The notes beneath the pieces were generated by a model. It ran no database searches. It was not told where the DNA came from and worked only from the letters and a program-made list of their open reading frames with translations. A program made the translations under genes and the position numbers. From assembly GCA_963700855.1 (NCBI GenBank), contig CAVOYV010000005.1, forward strand, positions 70,206 through 134,205: a DNA stretch of 64,000 bases. Direction: 5' to 3'. Of this stretch, positions 62,932 to 64,000 are shown in pieces (within the stretch, counting starts at the first letter, position 1; every line of letters begins with the position of its first letter). Origin of the DNA: an uncultured Actinomycetes bacterium (GTDB taxonomy: Bacteria; Actinomycetota; UBA4738; HRBIN12).

Positions 62932-63840
62932 TCAGCTCCAGGCCTTCGGGCGACCTCGCCTGGGCACCGGCTTCGAGCCCTCCCAGGTCCGGCGCCAGGT
63001 CGGACCGGGAGGTCCGAGCAGCGACGGGGTCTCCTCGCGTTCGGCCCGCTGGAGCGACTCCCACCAGCTGGTGCGATCCTCGTCGAACAGCTGCGAGACC
63101 GCCTGCTGCATCCGCAGCGACAGTTGCTGGTGGGTCTCGCCGGGATCGGGGTACAGCGCCTTGCCGTAGCGGACCGTCACGACCGGCCGGCCCTCGCGCG
63201 GCCAGAAGGTCCCCTTCGGCATCGCCTGGAAGGCGCCGACGATCGCGATCGGCACGAGCCCGACGTTCAGCTCGAGCGCGAGCCGCGACGACCCGTGACG
63301 GAACCGCTGCATGTGCCCGTCGGTCGAGCGCGTCCCCTCCGGGAACACGACGATCGACCACCCGTCGGCCACCAGCTCGCGGGCCTTGTCGATCGCGGTG
63401 CGACCCCCCTTGGCCCGATCGATCGGGAACGCCCCGTAGACCAGGGCCGTGAACGCCTGACGCCACCACACGTCGAAGAAGTAGTCGCGCGCGGCGCCGA
63501 CCGCGGTCCTTCGCTGGAACCGGTCGGGCAACGTGGACATGATCAGCGTCGCGTCCAGGTGGCTCGAGTGGTTCGAGTAGAAGAGCACCGGACCCCGCAC
63601 GTCGCGCAGCTCGTCCAGCCCGTAGACCCGCAACGAGATCTGCGTCTTCGCGAGCGGGAGCATCGCGCCGTTCAAGATCGTCTGCCGCGCAGCCACTCCA
63701 GCCTCGGTCCGCGCCCAGTCGGTCGGGAACCCCTCGTCGTAGGACTCCTCGACGAACGGCTCCGCCGAGCGCGGCACGATCGAGCGACGTCCCCACCGGA
63801 ACCCCCGGGACATCTCCTTCAGTTCGTCCATCGCACCCAT
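62932..63840 (-). CDS. Lysophospholipid (1-acyl-sn-glycerol-3-phosphate, PlsC-family) acyltransferase
   Basis: NHSSHLD (HX4D), FPEGTRS, and the IPIAIVG block. GGGGAG SD upstream of the ATG at 63840. Confidence 0.85.
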   Translation of the reverse strand: MGAMDELKEMSRGFRWGRRSIVPRSAEPFVEESYDEGFPTDWARTEAGVAARQTILNGAMLPLAKTQISLRVYGLDELRDVRGPVLFYSNHSSHLDATLIMSTLPDRFQRRTAVGAARDYFFDVWWRQAFTALVYGAFPIDRAKGGRTAIDKARELVADGWSIVVFPEGTRSTDGHMQRFRHGSSRLALELNVGLVPIAIVGAFQAMPKGTFWPREGRPVVTVRYGKALYPDPGETHQQLSLRMQQAVSQLFDEDRTSWWESLQRAEREETPSLLGPPGPTWRRTWEGSKPVPRRGRPKAWS

Positions 63841-63850
63841 GCCGGCTCCC

Positions 63851-64000
63851 CTACTGCACGTCCGCGATCATCAGCGGCGGCGCGTGGAAGTACGTGATCT
63901 TCGGGCTGGACCCCACGGTGTCGGTCGCCATCTCGAGCGCGTCGCGCAGCGAGTCGGCGCGCCGGTACCCGAGGCGCCGGACGCTCTTGGGCTCCCCGCC
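63851..64000 (-). CDS. 3' end of an unidentified CDS (partial; continues beyond the window)
   Basis: The minus-strand frame reads ...GEPKSVRRLGYRRADSLRDALEMATDTVGSSPKITYFHAPPLMIADVQ*, stopping 10 nt before the PlsC-like start. No family assigned. Confidence 0.3.
   Translation of the reverse strand, partial: GGEPKSVRRLGYRRADSLRDALEMATDTVGSSPKITYFHAPPLMIADVQ

Overview
High-GC, Actinomycetota-like chromosomal segment with about 70 protein genes, one tRNA-Pro(CGG) and one probable Mn2+ (yybP-ykoY) riboswitch. I saw no rRNA, CRISPR array, transposase or integrase. All calls come from reading the supplied translations and the DNA by eye; no searches or computations were run.

The backbone is ordinary actinobacterial housekeeping:
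- DNA repair and helicases: uvrD2-like helicase, AdnA/AdnB helicase-nucleases, photolyase.
- Translation and selenocysteine: proS, rpsD, selA-selB.
- Cell wall: whiB - NfeD - class A PBP with PASTA domains - metallophosphoesterase, and a RipA-like NlpC/P60 hydrolase.
- Regulation and stress: two ECF sigma/anti-sigma pairs, a glutaredoxin-like/thioredoxin-reductase fusion, an OmpR-type two-component pair, and VapBC.
- Other: TerC, and an AAA+/VWA operon.

The main finding is a visibly lower-GC block at about 10.6-18.8 kb. It holds a DUF5317-like membrane protein and two paralogous membrane HisKA_3 histidine kinases with no cognate response regulator. It also holds a roughly 1270-aa SARP (wHTH+BTAD) / degenerate cyclase-homology / P-loop STAND / TPR regulator. 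Two micro-ORFs of 28 and 29 codons, too short for the ORF track, lie in the same block. Both end in the identical decapeptide LAGGAHFKAG, and every nucleotide difference across that tail is synonymous. Each looks like a signal peptide with only five residues (HFKAG) after a predicted cleavage site. Palindromic and phased repeat motifs lie in their upstream regions. I propose this as a candidate peptide-based signalling or kinase-modulating module; this is inference only.

Data-quality caveat: at least 10 clear single-base frame breaks interrupt otherwise conserved genes, including essential rpsD, and most sit at short C/G runs. These look like assembly indels rather than true pseudogenes.
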